Assembly: GCA_019104935.1 (NCBI GenBank)
Contig: JAHRWY010000265.1
Location: 2,485-66,484, forward strand
Source of the DNA: Kaistella sp.
GTDB lineage: Bacteria > Bacteroidota > Bacteroidia > Flavobacteriales > Weeksellaceae
Length of the DNA: 64,000 bases
Direction of reading: 5' to 3'
Part shown: positions 17,404 to 26,895 of the stretch, one piece after another
Layout of the letters: each line of letters starts with the position of its first letter
Position numbering within the stretch: position 1 is the stretch's first letter
Made by a program: the position numbers and the translations under genes
Notes under the pieces: model-generated
Told to the model about the DNA's origin: nothing
Seen by the model: the letters and a program-made list of their open reading frames with translations, nothing else
Database searches by the model: none

Positions 17404-18807
17404 TTAAGCAAAGAAAATATAAGCCAAAATCACAGAGGTAATGATTCCCACAAGATCAGCCAAAAGCATGGCTGTTACGGTGTATCTTGTGTTTTTAATC
17501 CCCACCGCGCCGAAATATACTGCGATAACGTAGAACGTGGTATCCGAACTTCCCTGAAGTACAGCGGCCAATCGTCCCTGGAAACTATCAGCCCCGAAAG
17601 TCTGCATCGTATCCACCATCATTCCTCTTGCGCCGGAACCTGAAAGCGGTTTTATTAGTGCAGTCGGTAAGCCGTCAACAAATCTCGTGTCAAAACCAAC
17701 TACCGCCGCTACCCATTTCATACCATCGATTAAAACATCAAAAACTCCTGAAGTTCTCAGCAGAGAAATTGCGATGAGCATTCCTACCAGATAAGGAATA
17801 ATTTTCACACAGGTCCAGAATCCTTCTTTCGCTCCGTCAATAAATGCATCAAAAACATTAATTTTTTTATAAACTGCTCCGAGAACAATCGCAAAGAAGA
17901 TAAGCAGTATGATTCCGTTGCTCAACAGCATGCTGAAATTATCGAGACCTTCTTTTGTAAGGTTTACCAAATAAACAACCAAAAGTCCTACAATAACTGA
18001 AATTCCGCCAACATAGGCGATTACTGCAGGCTGAAAAAGGTTGATTTTCTGATAAATGGAAACAATAATCATTGCTGCCATGGTTGCTGCAAAAGTGGCG
18101 ATCATACAGGGCAGAAAAATATCTGTTGGTGTAGCCGAACCCATTGATGCACGGATGGCAATAATCGAAACGGGAATTAATGTTAAGCCTCCGGCATGAA
18201 GACAAAGGAACATAATCTGCGAATTGCTGGCGCGTTCTTTATCGGGATTTAAAGTTTGCAGGCTTTCCATCGCTTTCAGTCCGAACGGGGTTGCGGCATT
18301 ATCCAAACCTAATAAATTGGCACTGAAATTCAGCAACATATGTCCGAATGAAGGATGGTTTTTCGGAATTTCCGGAAATAATTTGGAGAAAAAAGGCTGT
18401 ATCAGTCGCGATAATAAATTTATTCCACCTGCTTTTTCAGCAATGCTCATGAAACCCATAAAAAGGGTCATAATCCCAATCAAACCAAGACAGATTTTCA
18501 CGGCCGTTTCGGAAGTTCCGATGACGCCATCGGTTTCCTGAACCCGGTAAATCTGAACTTCAGATTTTGCAGAATCTGTTTTATAATGAACCCTGTTTTG
18601 ATCAAAATCCGGGTTGGCGAGCAGCGCATTCTGGATTTCAGGATTCAGTTCAGCCATTTTTTTTGAGGCGATCTGAACCGTGTCTCCACTTTTGCCGACC
18701 ACCATGTCGTTGTAAATTGCCTTGTAATTATCTGAAAACAAATATTTTATACTTGCAACTATAATGGCGACAATAATAAATGCGCTCCAAATCCTGCTTA
18801 AAACCAT
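17404..18807 (-). CDS. SpmA/SpmB fusion, nucleoside-recognition (Gate) domain membrane protein
   Basis: ANLLGLDNAATPFGLKAM, KPLSGSGA, GSSDTTFYVIAVYFG. Confidence 0.9.
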   Translation of the reverse strand: MVLSRIWSAFIIVAIIVASIKYLFSDNYKAIYNDMVVGKSGDTVQIASKKMAELNPEIQNALLANPDFDQNRVHYKTDSAKSEVQIYRVQETDGVIGTSETAVKICLGLIGIMTLFMGFMSIAEKAGGINLLSRLIQPFFSKLFPEIPKNHPSFGHMLLNFSANLLGLDNAATPFGLKAMESLQTLNPDKERASNSQIMFLCLHAGGLTLIPVSIIAIRASMGSATPTDIFLPCMIATFAATMAAMIIVSIYQKINLFQPAVIAYVGGISVIVGLLVVYLVNLTKEGLDNFSMLLSNGIILLIFFAIVLGAVYKKINVFDAFIDGAKEGFWTCVKIIPYLVGMLIAISLLRTSGVFDVLIDGMKWVAAVVGFDTRFVDGLPTALIKPLSGSGARGMMVDTMQTFGADSFQGRLAAVLQGSSDTTFYVIAVYFGAVGIKNTRYTVTAMLLADLVGIITSVILAYIFFA

Positions 18808-18893
18808 TGCTGAAAATTTTGTTAAAAATAACTAAAAAGTTTATTCCATAGGTTTTCGGGACAAAATAAGTTCAGGTGAAGATAATATTTATT

Positions 18894-19937
18894 TTAAAAA
18901 AGTTTGAGTTGCTGGTCTTTGCTGCCCGTAAAATTTTCAGTGGAAAGTGGCGTAACTTCTTTATTTGCGAAGAATTTTCTCTTGCCTAAAGCGAAAGTAT
19001 TGTGAATCATTTCTGCAATATTTCCTTCGCCTTTATAGCGTTCATGAAATCTTTTTTCACCAAGTTTTCCGCCTCTCATGGAGCGGATATGATTCAGGAC
19101 TTTCTCTGCTCTTTCAGGAAAGTGGGCGTTGATCCAGTTGACGAACACGGGTTCTACGGTGTCATTAAGCCTTATCAAAACATATCCGAATTTCTGTGCG
19201 CCGGCTTCGGAAACGGTTTTTAAGATTTTCAGACTTTCATCGCTTGTTAAACCCGGAATTACGGGTGCAACCATAACGCCGACAGGGATTTTATGTTCGG
19301 TTAAAATCTCAATGGCTTTCAGTTTATTTTTTACTGAGGAAGTCCGTGGCTCCATTTTTCTGCGAATCTCTTCGTTGACCGTTGGAATGCTGAAAGAAAC
19401 CGAAACCAGATTCTGCTCAGACAAAGGTTTTAGAATATCCAAATCTCTTAAAACCAAAGCATTTTTTGTTAAAATTGAAACCGGATGCCGGTAATCGAGG
19501 CAAAGTTTCAGCAGTTTTCTTGTGAGTTCAAATTCCCGCTCAGCAGGTTGATAACAGTCGGTATTGCCGGAAAGGGTAAGGACTTTCGGAACATAATTTC
19601 TTTTCTGAAAAAATTTTTCGAGCAATTCCGGAGCATTTTTTTTCACCATGATTTTGCGTTCGAAATCGGTTCCGGCAGAATATCCCCAAAACTCATGCGT
19701 AGGTCTGGCAAAACAGTAAGAGCAGCCGTGTTCGCAGCCCTGATAGGGATTAAGGGAATACTCCATCCTCAAATCCGGACTTTTTACTTCATTGACGATT
19801 GTTTTGGGGAAAACTTCTATAAAAACCGTTTTTGTTTTCTGAAAATCTTCTTCTTCAGGTTCAAAAGTGTATCTGTCGAAACGGTTGATTTCGTTTCGCT
19901 GCGCACCCTGGCCTTTTTTAGAATTTTCAGAAGACAT
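18894..19937 (-). CDS. PA0069/Rv2578c family radical SAM protein
   Basis: SLNPYQGCEHGCSYCFARPTH, NTDCYQPAE, MEPRT; C-terminal QLKLF. Confidence 0.9.
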   Translation of the reverse strand: MSSENSKKGQGAQRNEINRFDRYTFEPEEEDFQKTKTVFIEVFPKTIVNEVKSPDLRMEYSLNPYQGCEHGCSYCFARPTHEFWGYSAGTDFERKIMVKKNAPELLEKFFQKRNYVPKVLTLSGNTDCYQPAEREFELTRKLLKLCLDYRHPVSILTKNALVLRDLDILKPLSEQNLVSVSFSIPTVNEEIRRKMEPRTSSVKNKLKAIEILTEHKIPVGVMVAPVIPGLTSDESLKILKTVSEAGAQKFGYVLIRLNDTVEPVFVNWINAHFPERAEKVLNHIRSMRGGKLGEKRFHERYKGEGNIAEMIHNTFALGKRKFFANKEVTPLSTENFTGSKDQQLKLF

Positions 19938-20013
19938 TTTATGAGGTTAGATTAATTGTTTCGAGCAAAAGTAAAAGCTTCAGTTGTTATAATAATGAGT
20001 TTTATGCCGACAC

Positions 20014-20022
20014 TTTTCCACA
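20014..20022 (+). promoter_or_regulatory. single DnaA-box match upstream of the radical SAM gene
   Basis: TTTTCCACA matches TTWTNCACA; could be chance. Confidence 0.25.
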
Positions 20023-20052
20023 AAAAAATCCCGAATTCAATGAATCCGGGAT
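20022..20052 (-). terminator. intrinsic terminator of the small gene
   Basis: atcccgaattca-a-tgaatccgggat preceded by an A run (a U run on the minus strand). Confidence 0.7.
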
Positions 20053-20072
20053 CTATGGTGAAAGATTATTTT

Positions 20073-20270
20073 CTATAGCATTGCTAAAAATTCAACCCCA
20101 TGATGGCCGTCATCTTTATATTTGTTTTTACTGAAATGGCAGTGGAAATCTGAATAATAATCGTGATAGTCTTTGTGTTTTTTGGCTAAAAATTTTTTAA
20201 TACCAAAAATTCCTAAACCAACTACCACTCCAAGACTTCCCGCCAATAATATTCCTGTTTCTTTTCTCAT
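20073..20270 (-). CDS. small membrane-anchored His/Asp/Tyr-rich hypothetical protein (65 aa)
   Basis: MRKETGILLAGSLGVVVGLGIFGIKK...HKDYHDYYSDFHCH...DDGHHG; has its own terminator and a candidate promoter. Confidence 0.65.
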   Translation of the reverse strand: MRKETGILLAGSLGVVVGLGIFGIKKFLAKKHKDYHDYYSDFHCHFSKNKYKDDGHHGVEFLAML

Positions 20271-20296
20271 ATTAAAACTTTTATTGGTGAAGTTAA

Positions 20297-20311
20297 GCAA
20301 ATCCTATTCCT
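20297..20311 (-). promoter_or_regulatory. sigma54-like -24/-12 element
   Basis: Minus strand AGGAAT-AGGAT-TTGC (GG-N10-GC). Confidence 0.4.
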
Positions 20312-20403
20312 TTTTTGTAAGGTTTTATTTTAAAGTTTGTTAATATTTAGATGCTGTACATGAATACAGTTTTAATTTTATAAATTTGAAAAAACTGTTT
20401 TAA

Positions 20404-22518
20404 ATGAAGACCAATTCAATTATTATGCTGACAGGAGCGTTGTTTTTTGCCTCCTGTACTACCCAAAAAATGAATAATTCCCTCAATTATCCGGAGACTA
20501 AAAAAGTGGAACACACTGATGAGTATTTCGGAACTAAAGTAGAAGATCCTTACCGCTGGTTAGAGGATGACAGGGCTGAAGATACCAAAGACTGGGTTCA
20601 GCGTGAAGTAGCATTTACCAATAATTACCTTGCAAATATTCCTTTCCGGGAAGAACTGAGATCACAGCTGAAAGACATCTGGAATTATGAAAAAATTGGT
20701 GCGCCTTTTAAAGAAGGCGAATTTACCTATTTCTATAAAAATGATGGTCTGCAGGCACAATCTGTTCTTTATAGAACCGATAAAACCGGTAAAACTGAAG
20801 TTTTTCTCGATCCGAATAAATTTTCTGAAAAAGGTACCACTTCGCTTGCCGGAGTTTCATTCAATAAAAAAGGAAATCTTGTAGCCTACAGAATTTCCGA
20901 AGGAGGAAGCGACTGGAATAAAATCATCATTATGAATGCTTTAACTAAAGAAATCATTGATGAAACGATTGTGGATGTTAAGTTTTCAGGAACTTCCTGG
21001 TTGGGTGATGAAGGATTTTATTATTCCAGTTACGACAAACCGAAAGGCAGCGAACTTTCTGCGAAAACAGATACTCACAAAGTATATTTCCATAAACTCG
21101 GAACAAAGCAGTCTGCCGACAGGTTAATCATTGGAGGCGAAGATTTCAAACGCAGATACATGGGAATCGGTGTTTCTGATGATGAAAGATTTGAGATTCT
21201 GAGCGCTTCGGAAGCGACAAACGGAAACGAACTTTATATCAAAGACCTCAAAAATAAAACAGATTTCATCCCGGTACAGAAAGGATATGATTTCAATACG
21301 GACTTTATTGATTCCAAAGGTGATTATATTTATGCACTTACCGATAAAAACGCACCGAACATGCGTTTGGTGAAATTTAACATCAACAATCCAACCGTCT
21401 GGACTGATGTGATTCCTGAAACTGAAAACGTGTTAAGCGTGTCAACAGGGGGCGGATATATTTTTGCAAGATATATGAAAGACGCAGTAACCAGCATGAA
21501 ACAGTTCGATTACGACGGAAAACTCATCAGAACAATCGACCTTCCCGGAATCGGAACTGCATCAGGATTTGGCGGAAAGGAAAAAGAAAAAGACCTGTAT
21601 TTTTCATTCACCAACTATATCACGCCGGGTACGATTTATAAATTCAATACCGAAAAAGGTACATCTGAAGTGTATCAAAAGCCAAATGTAAAATTCAATC
21701 CTGAAAATTATGTATCGGAGCAGGTATTTTACACTTCGAAAGACGGTACCAAAATTCCGATGATGATCAACTATAAAAAAGGAACAAAACTCGACGGTAA
21801 AAACCCAACGATTTTGTATTCTTATGGTGGATTCAACATCAGTCTGCAGCCGGCATTTTCTGTAGTAAACGCTATCTGGATGGAGAATGGTGGAATTTAC
21901 GCTGTTCCAAACATTCGTGGTGGCGGCGAATACGGTAAAAAATGGCACGATGCAGGAACTAAGATGCAGAAGAAAAACGTGTTTGAAGATTTTATTGCGG
22001 CAGGAGAATATCTTCAGCAGAAAGGATATACTTCCAAAGAATACATGGCACTTTCAGGCCGTTCAAATGGTGGACTTTTAGTGGGTGCTACGATGACGAT
22101 GCGTCCGGATCTTGCTAAAGTGGCTTTCCCCGGCGTGGGCGTTTTAGATATGCTGCGCTACAATAAATTCACTGCAGGAGCAGGCTGGAGTTACGACTAC
22201 GGAACCGCGGAAGACAGCAAAGAAATGTTTGAATATCTGAAATCTTACTCACCAGTTCACCAGGTAAAAAAGGACGTTTGTTATCCTTCAACCATGATTA
22301 TTACCAGCGATCACGACGACCGCGTTGTTCCGGCGCACTCTTTTAAATTTGGTGCTGAGCTTCAGGAAAAACAGTCTTGTAATAATCCGGTTTTGGTAAG
22401 AATTGAAGTGAATGCGGGCCACGGAGCAGGCAGAAGTACAGATCAGGTCATCGGTGAAAATGCTGATTTACTTAGTTTTGCATTGTATGAAATGGGGATT
22501 AAAGCATTAAAAAAATAA
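20404..22518 (+). CDS. prolyl oligopeptidase (S9A), probable lipoprotein
   Basis: FFASC lipobox, DPYRWLED, GRSNGG catalytic Ser, HDDRV, AGHG. Confidence 0.95.
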   Translation: MKTNSIIMLTGALFFASCTTQKMNNSLNYPETKKVEHTDEYFGTKVEDPYRWLEDDRAEDTKDWVQREVAFTNNYLANIPFREELRSQLKDIWNYEKIGAPFKEGEFTYFYKNDGLQAQSVLYRTDKTGKTEVFLDPNKFSEKGTTSLAGVSFNKKGNLVAYRISEGGSDWNKIIIMNALTKEIIDETIVDVKFSGTSWLGDEGFYYSSYDKPKGSELSAKTDTHKVYFHKLGTKQSADRLIIGGEDFKRRYMGIGVSDDERFEILSASEATNGNELYIKDLKNKTDFIPVQKGYDFNTDFIDSKGDYIYALTDKNAPNMRLVKFNINNPTVWTDVIPETENVLSVSTGGGYIFARYMKDAVTSMKQFDYDGKLIRTIDLPGIGTASGFGGKEKEKDLYFSFTNYITPGTIYKFNTEKGTSEVYQKPNVKFNPENYVSEQVFYTSKDGTKIPMMINYKKGTKLDGKNPTILYSYGGFNISLQPAFSVVNAIWMENGGIYAVPNIRGGGEYGKKWHDAGTKMQKKNVFEDFIAAGEYLQQKGYTSKEYMALSGRSNGGLLVGATMTMRPDLAKVAFPGVGVLDMLRYNKFTAGAGWSYDYGTAEDSKEMFEYLKSYSPVHQVKKDVCYPSTMIITSDHDDRVVPAHSFKFGAELQEKQSCNNPVLVRIEVNAGHGAGRSTDQVIGENADLLSFALYEMGIKALKK

Positions 22519-22540
22519 AACTTAAAAAAATGATCACGCT

Positions 22541-22572
22541 AAACTTCCTGAAAATTTCAGGAAGTTTTTTTT
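22541..22572 (+). terminator. intrinsic terminator
   Basis: aaacttcctgaaa-a-tttcaggaagttt followed by a T run. Confidence 0.75.
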
Positions 22573-22610
22573 AGCTATCGAAGCAAAAAATAAATCATTA
22601 TTTTTACGCA

Positions 22611-23330
22611 ATGAAACAGAATGAAATCTCTGAATTTTATGATGAATACGTTCAGCGGCAAATAAAAACCGGTGCCAATGAAAGGCTTATTTCTCTTTAT
22701 AAAAGATTGCTGAACGGTGGGTTGAATACCGATTCTAAAGTCCTGGAACTGGGTTGTGGTGTTGGAATTTTCACGAAACTTCTCGCAAAAAAAGTAAAGA
22801 AAGGAATCATTGAAGCCGTGGATTTAAGTGCAAAGAGTGTCGCAGTTGCACAAAACGAACTCAAACACAGAAAAAACATCCATTTTGATGTCGCTGATGT
22901 GGTGAAATATAAACCTGAAAATTCAGACTTCGATGTGATTACTTTAATGGACGTTATCGAACATATTCCTTTGGAGCATCACGCAGAACTTTTTGCAAAT
23001 TTGGCAGAAATTGCCACGGAAAAAACAAATATTCTTATCAATATTCCCAATCCGCAATACATTGGTTACGCGAGAATTAACCATCCCGAAAGCCTGCAGG
23101 TAATTGACCAGGAAGTAGAACTTTTTACCCTGATGCAGCATCTGGAGAAAAACGGTTTGGAACTTGTATATTTCGAAAAATACGGGATTTGGGAACAGGA
23201 CGACTATCATTTTATGGTCATCAGAAAGAAGAGGAATTTCGAACTGAAACATCTTTCTGACCAGAGAAACTTTTCCGAAAAAGTATTCCATAAAATTACC
23301 ACCAAAATAGATGCAGCTAAATACAGATAA
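22611..23330 (+). CDS. class I SAM-dependent methyltransferase
   Basis: VLELGCGVG, AVDLS, FDVITLMDVIEHIP. Confidence 0.88.
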   Translation: MKQNEISEFYDEYVQRQIKTGANERLISLYKRLLNGGLNTDSKVLELGCGVGIFTKLLAKKVKKGIIEAVDLSAKSVAVAQNELKHRKNIHFDVADVVKYKPENSDFDVITLMDVIEHIPLEHHAELFANLAEIATEKTNILINIPNPQYIGYARINHPESLQVIDQEVELFTLMQHLEKNGLELVYFEKYGIWEQDDYHFMVIRKKRNFELKHLSDQRNFSEKVFHKITTKIDAAKYR

Positions 23331-23404
23331 CTGCACAAAAACTAATCATTATTAAATTTCCAAAACCCCGAATCTAATTGTTATTTTTGTGGGAGAATAA
23401 AAAA

Positions 23405-25165
23405 ATGTCAGATATTATAAAACTTTTGCCGGATCATGTCGCCAACCAAATCGCAGCGGGAGAAGTGGTGCAGCGGCCTGCGTCTATCGTAAAAGAACTT
23501 ATGGAAAACGCCATTGATGCAGGCGCTACAAAAGTTGAACTCATTGTTCGTGATGCGGGGAAAAATTTAATTCAGGTGGTAGATAACGGCAGCGGAATGA
23601 GCGAAACCGATGCACGACTTGCATTTGAAAGACACGCGACTTCAAAAATAAGTACCACCGAAGATATTTTCAGGATTTCAACCAAAGGATTCCGTGGTGA
23701 GGCGCTGGCTTCTATCGCTGCGGTGGCTCAGGTGGAACTGAAAACCAAAACCAAAGACGCCAAAACCGGAACCAATATTTACATCGAAGGAGGCGGATTT
23801 CAGTTTCAGGAACCGATACAGACTGCCGAAGGATCTAACTTTTCAGTAAAAAATCTCTTTTACAACGTTCCGGCGAGACGCAAATTCCTTAAAAACAACA
23901 ATGTAGAATTCCGTCATATTATTGATGAATTTCAAAGGGTTGCATTGGCGCATGAAAATCTGGATTTCGAGCTTTTTCATAACGATGATATTGTTTTCCG
24001 CCTTCGTAAATCGAGTCTGCTGCAGAGAATTGTAGAGATTTTCGGTCGTAAGCTTCATTCTATTTTAATTCCGATTAAAGAAGATTTAGGCTGGATAAAA
24101 CTTCACGGATTTGTTGCAAAACCCGAAGGCGCGAAGAAAGTTCGTGGCGAACAGTTTTTCTTTGTCAACGGAAGGTTTTTCCGCAGTGCTTATTTCAACA
24201 AAGCCGTACAGGAAGCATTTGAAGGCCTGCTTTTGCCCGGATATATTCCTACATTTTTCCTTTTTCTGGAGCTTGATCCGGAGAAAGTTGACGTTAATAT
24301 TCATCCTCAAAAAACCGAGGTGAAATTTGAAGACGAGAATTTAATTTTCGCCTTGGTCCGTTCCACGATTAAAAAATCTTTGGGCATTTATAATGTGGCT
24401 CCAAGCCTTGATTTCGACAGGGATGCAAGCATCGATGCATTTGTTCACCAAACCAGTAAAAGCAGCAGTTTCCGCGCACCTGAAATTACCGTAGACCGCG
24501 ACTATAATCCGTTTTTGGAAGAAAGCGCTTCTGCCGGAGACCGAACCGCCCTTACGGAAATGTATCAGCAGAATATTCCCGCAGAACCTTCTAAAATAAA
24601 TCTTTTTGAGGATGAAGATTTCGATGAGGATTTAATGAGGCTTCCGAACGGCTACTGGCTTTTCAATAAAGGCGGCAAAACGCTGATGCTCGATCTTGGG
24701 CGCATGCAGCGTCTGGTGATAAGCGAAAGAAATGCAAAGAAAAAACGCAGCAATGAAAAACATACCTTGCTTTTTTCTCTGGAATATCACATGAATGAAA
24801 CCGAGAAAAACAAATTCCGTTCAATAAAGAAATTTTTACCTGAACTTGGTTTCGAAATGGTGATTGCGAACGATAATGTGTTGAGAATCGACGCTGTTCC
24901 GGAAGGTTTGAAAGAAACCCAGGTCATGAAATTCATGGAGAATCTTTTCGACATTCTGGAGTACAAAACCGAAGAGGAATTCCTTAATTTCTACCAAAAC
25001 CAGTGGAACAAAATACAAAGCAAATCCCGTTTTGATTTTCTTTATAAAATTGACGCCGAGCAGGTAATACGCGATTTTACCGCGCTGGGTTTCCCAGAGT
25101 ATTTACCCGGCGGGAAGAGATGTTTTATAGAAATCCCACTGGATGAATTAAAAAATAAATTTTAA
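23405..25165 (+). CDS. mutL: DNA mismatch repair protein MutL
   Basis: NQIAAGEVV, ENAIDA, HATSK, GFRGEALASI, VDVNIHPQK; start ATG 23405 follows the -7 box TATTTTTG at 23382-23389. Confidence 0.95.
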   Translation: MSDIIKLLPDHVANQIAAGEVVQRPASIVKELMENAIDAGATKVELIVRDAGKNLIQVVDNGSGMSETDARLAFERHATSKISTTEDIFRISTKGFRGEALASIAAVAQVELKTKTKDAKTGTNIYIEGGGFQFQEPIQTAEGSNFSVKNLFYNVPARRKFLKNNNVEFRHIIDEFQRVALAHENLDFELFHNDDIVFRLRKSSLLQRIVEIFGRKLHSILIPIKEDLGWIKLHGFVAKPEGAKKVRGEQFFFVNGRFFRSAYFNKAVQEAFEGLLLPGYIPTFFLFLELDPEKVDVNIHPQKTEVKFEDENLIFALVRSTIKKSLGIYNVAPSLDFDRDASIDAFVHQTSKSSSFRAPEITVDRDYNPFLEESASAGDRTALTEMYQQNIPAEPSKINLFEDEDFDEDLMRLPNGYWLFNKGGKTLMLDLGRMQRLVISERNAKKKRSNEKHTLLFSLEYHMNETEKNKFRSIKKFLPELGFEMVIANDNVLRIDAVPEGLKETQVMKFMENLFDILEYKTEEEFLNFYQNQWNKIQSKSRFDFLYKIDAEQVIRDFTALGFPEYLPGGKRCFIEIPLDELKNKF

Positions 25166-25170
25166 AAAAA

Positions 25171-25902
25171 ATGTTTAATAATATACCACCCATTACCCGC
25201 AATATTATCATCATAAATATCGTCGTATTTATCCTGACTTACGTTTTGCAGACTGACTTAATGTACAGATATTTAGCGGCATTTTATCCTTTTTCACCGT
25301 TTTTCCATTCGTGGCAAATCATTACGCACATGTTCATGCATGGGAGTTTTCTGCATATTCTCTTTAATCTCATGACGCTTTACAGTTTTGGGCCTGTTCT
25401 GGAGCAGGTGCTGGGAGACAAAAAATATGTAATCCTTTATTTTGTAAGTGGTTTGGGCGCTTTTTTCCTTTTTAATCTTTGGAATTTTGTGGAAGTTGAG
25501 CAGATAAAGTCCAGCCTGCAAAATTTGGGATTCGATTTAGCCGGTTACATGAATGGCGAAAGTGTTTCCTTTAAAGGAAATTCTGAGGCTGTACTAGAGC
25601 AGCAGGGACTTGTGAACAAATTACAGTCGATAATTTCGGTGCCGATGGTGGGTGCCTCCGGCGCAATATTTGGTGTCATTGCCGCTTTTGCAACGTTATA
25701 TCCAGATGCCAAAATCATGTTGATGTTTATCCCGGTTCCGGTGAAAGTAAAATATCTGATGCCGGTGGTGATCATCGTTTCCATTTATTTAGGAGTTACC
25801 GGAAACGCAGGCGGAATTGCACATCTTGCCCACGTTGGCGGAGCTTTAGTTGGTTTTATACTGGCCAAAATCTGGAAAAAACACCTTTACCGTTTTAATT
25901 AA
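25171..25902 (+). CDS. rhomboid family intramembrane serine protease
   Basis: HMFMH..HILFN, GASG catalytic Ser, AHLAHVGG. Confidence 0.93.
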   Translation: MFNNIPPITRNIIIINIVVFILTYVLQTDLMYRYLAAFYPFSPFFHSWQIITHMFMHGSFLHILFNLMTLYSFGPVLEQVLGDKKYVILYFVSGLGAFFLFNLWNFVEVEQIKSSLQNLGFDLAGYMNGESVSFKGNSEAVLEQQGLVNKLQSIISVPMVGASGAIFGVIAAFATLYPDAKIMLMFIPVPVKVKYLMPVVIIVSIYLGVTGNAGGIAHLAHVGGALVGFILAKIWKKHLYRFN

Positions 25903-25913
25903 GCTGAGTTTTT

Positions 25914-26894
25914 GTGAAAATAATCCGTTTTTTACTCACACTTTTTCACCTTTTCATTATTGTTCTTTTGTTGGGAACATTATTGAATGATTACATTCCG
26001 CCTCGGGTTTTTCCGTGGGTGAATATGCTTTCACTCAGTTTTCCGGTTTTAATGATTCTGAATGTTTTACTCTGCATATTTTGGCTGGTGCTCTGGAAAA
26101 AACGGGTGTTTTTATTTTTACTGCTTAGTTCATTTTTAGTTAACCCAACCAGAAGATGGCTGAATTACAGTGACACAGCTCACGAAAAAGCCAATTTAAA
26201 AATCGTTTCAGTTAATATAAAAGGAGGTACACTTTTCGGCTATCAAAAGGTTTATGATTACCTGAAAACTACGGATGCAGATATTATTTTAGCCCAGGAA
26301 TATGCAAGCGAATTCAAAGTTCCAGGTTATGAGCACAGAACGGATGCTTACGAAATCGTAGCATTAAACTCAAAAATTAGAATCCTTGAACAGGGTAAAA
26401 TTGCAACGGTAGGAAACGGAAATTCTTTTTTTGCCGATGTGGAGGTCAACGGGAAAAAAATCCGGCTGATTAATGTTTATCTGAGTCCTTTTTCTTTTGA
26501 TAAAGGCAAAGTGAAACCTTCTGAAGACCTGGATAAAAACAAACTCAAGTTGAGATATGTTGTAAGAAAGCTGGTTCCTACATTCAAAAATCATCAGGAT
26601 GAAGTTGCTGATATTCAGCGTGCGGTTTCAGAATCGCCTTATCCGGTAATTTTGGCGGGAGATTTCAATGCTGTTCCAAATTCCTATGAATATTATCAAA
26701 TCGCTAAAAAACTGAAAGATGTTTTCGTAGAAACGGGTAGTGGCAGCGCAACAAGTTTTCACGACTATAAATTCCCGATCCGGATCGATTATGTGTTCTG
26801 TTCGCCGGAAATAAAACCCGCGAGTTATAGAGTAGACCGCTCCGTAAAAATATCAGATCATTTTCCTGTAATTACAGAATTTAAAATTGATTAA
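25914..26894 (+). CDS. membrane-anchored endonuclease/exonuclease/phosphatase (EEP) family protein
   Basis: N-terminal TM helices, LAQE, GDFN, RIDYVF, SDHFPV. Confidence 0.9.
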   Translation: MKIIRFLLTLFHLFIIVLLLGTLLNDYIPPRVFPWVNMLSLSFPVLMILNVLLCIFWLVLWKKRVFLFLLLSSFLVNPTRRWLNYSDTAHEKANLKIVSVNIKGGTLFGYQKVYDYLKTTDADIILAQEYASEFKVPGYEHRTDAYEIVALNSKIRILEQGKIATVGNGNSFFADVEVNGKKIRLINVYLSPFSFDKGKVKPSEDLDKNKLKLRYVVRKLVPTFKNHQDEVADIQRAVSESPYPVILAGDFNAVPNSYEYYQIAKKLKDVFVETGSGSATSFHDYKFPIRIDYVFCSPEIKPASYRVDRSVKISDHFPVITEFKID

Positions 26895-26895
26895 A

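Noticed and set aside
22611-23330. Methyltransferase next to mutL as a Dam-like strand-discrimination or restriction-modification enzyme
   Set aside because: It has no DNA-methyltransferase catalytic motif and looks like a small-molecule class I methyltransferase.
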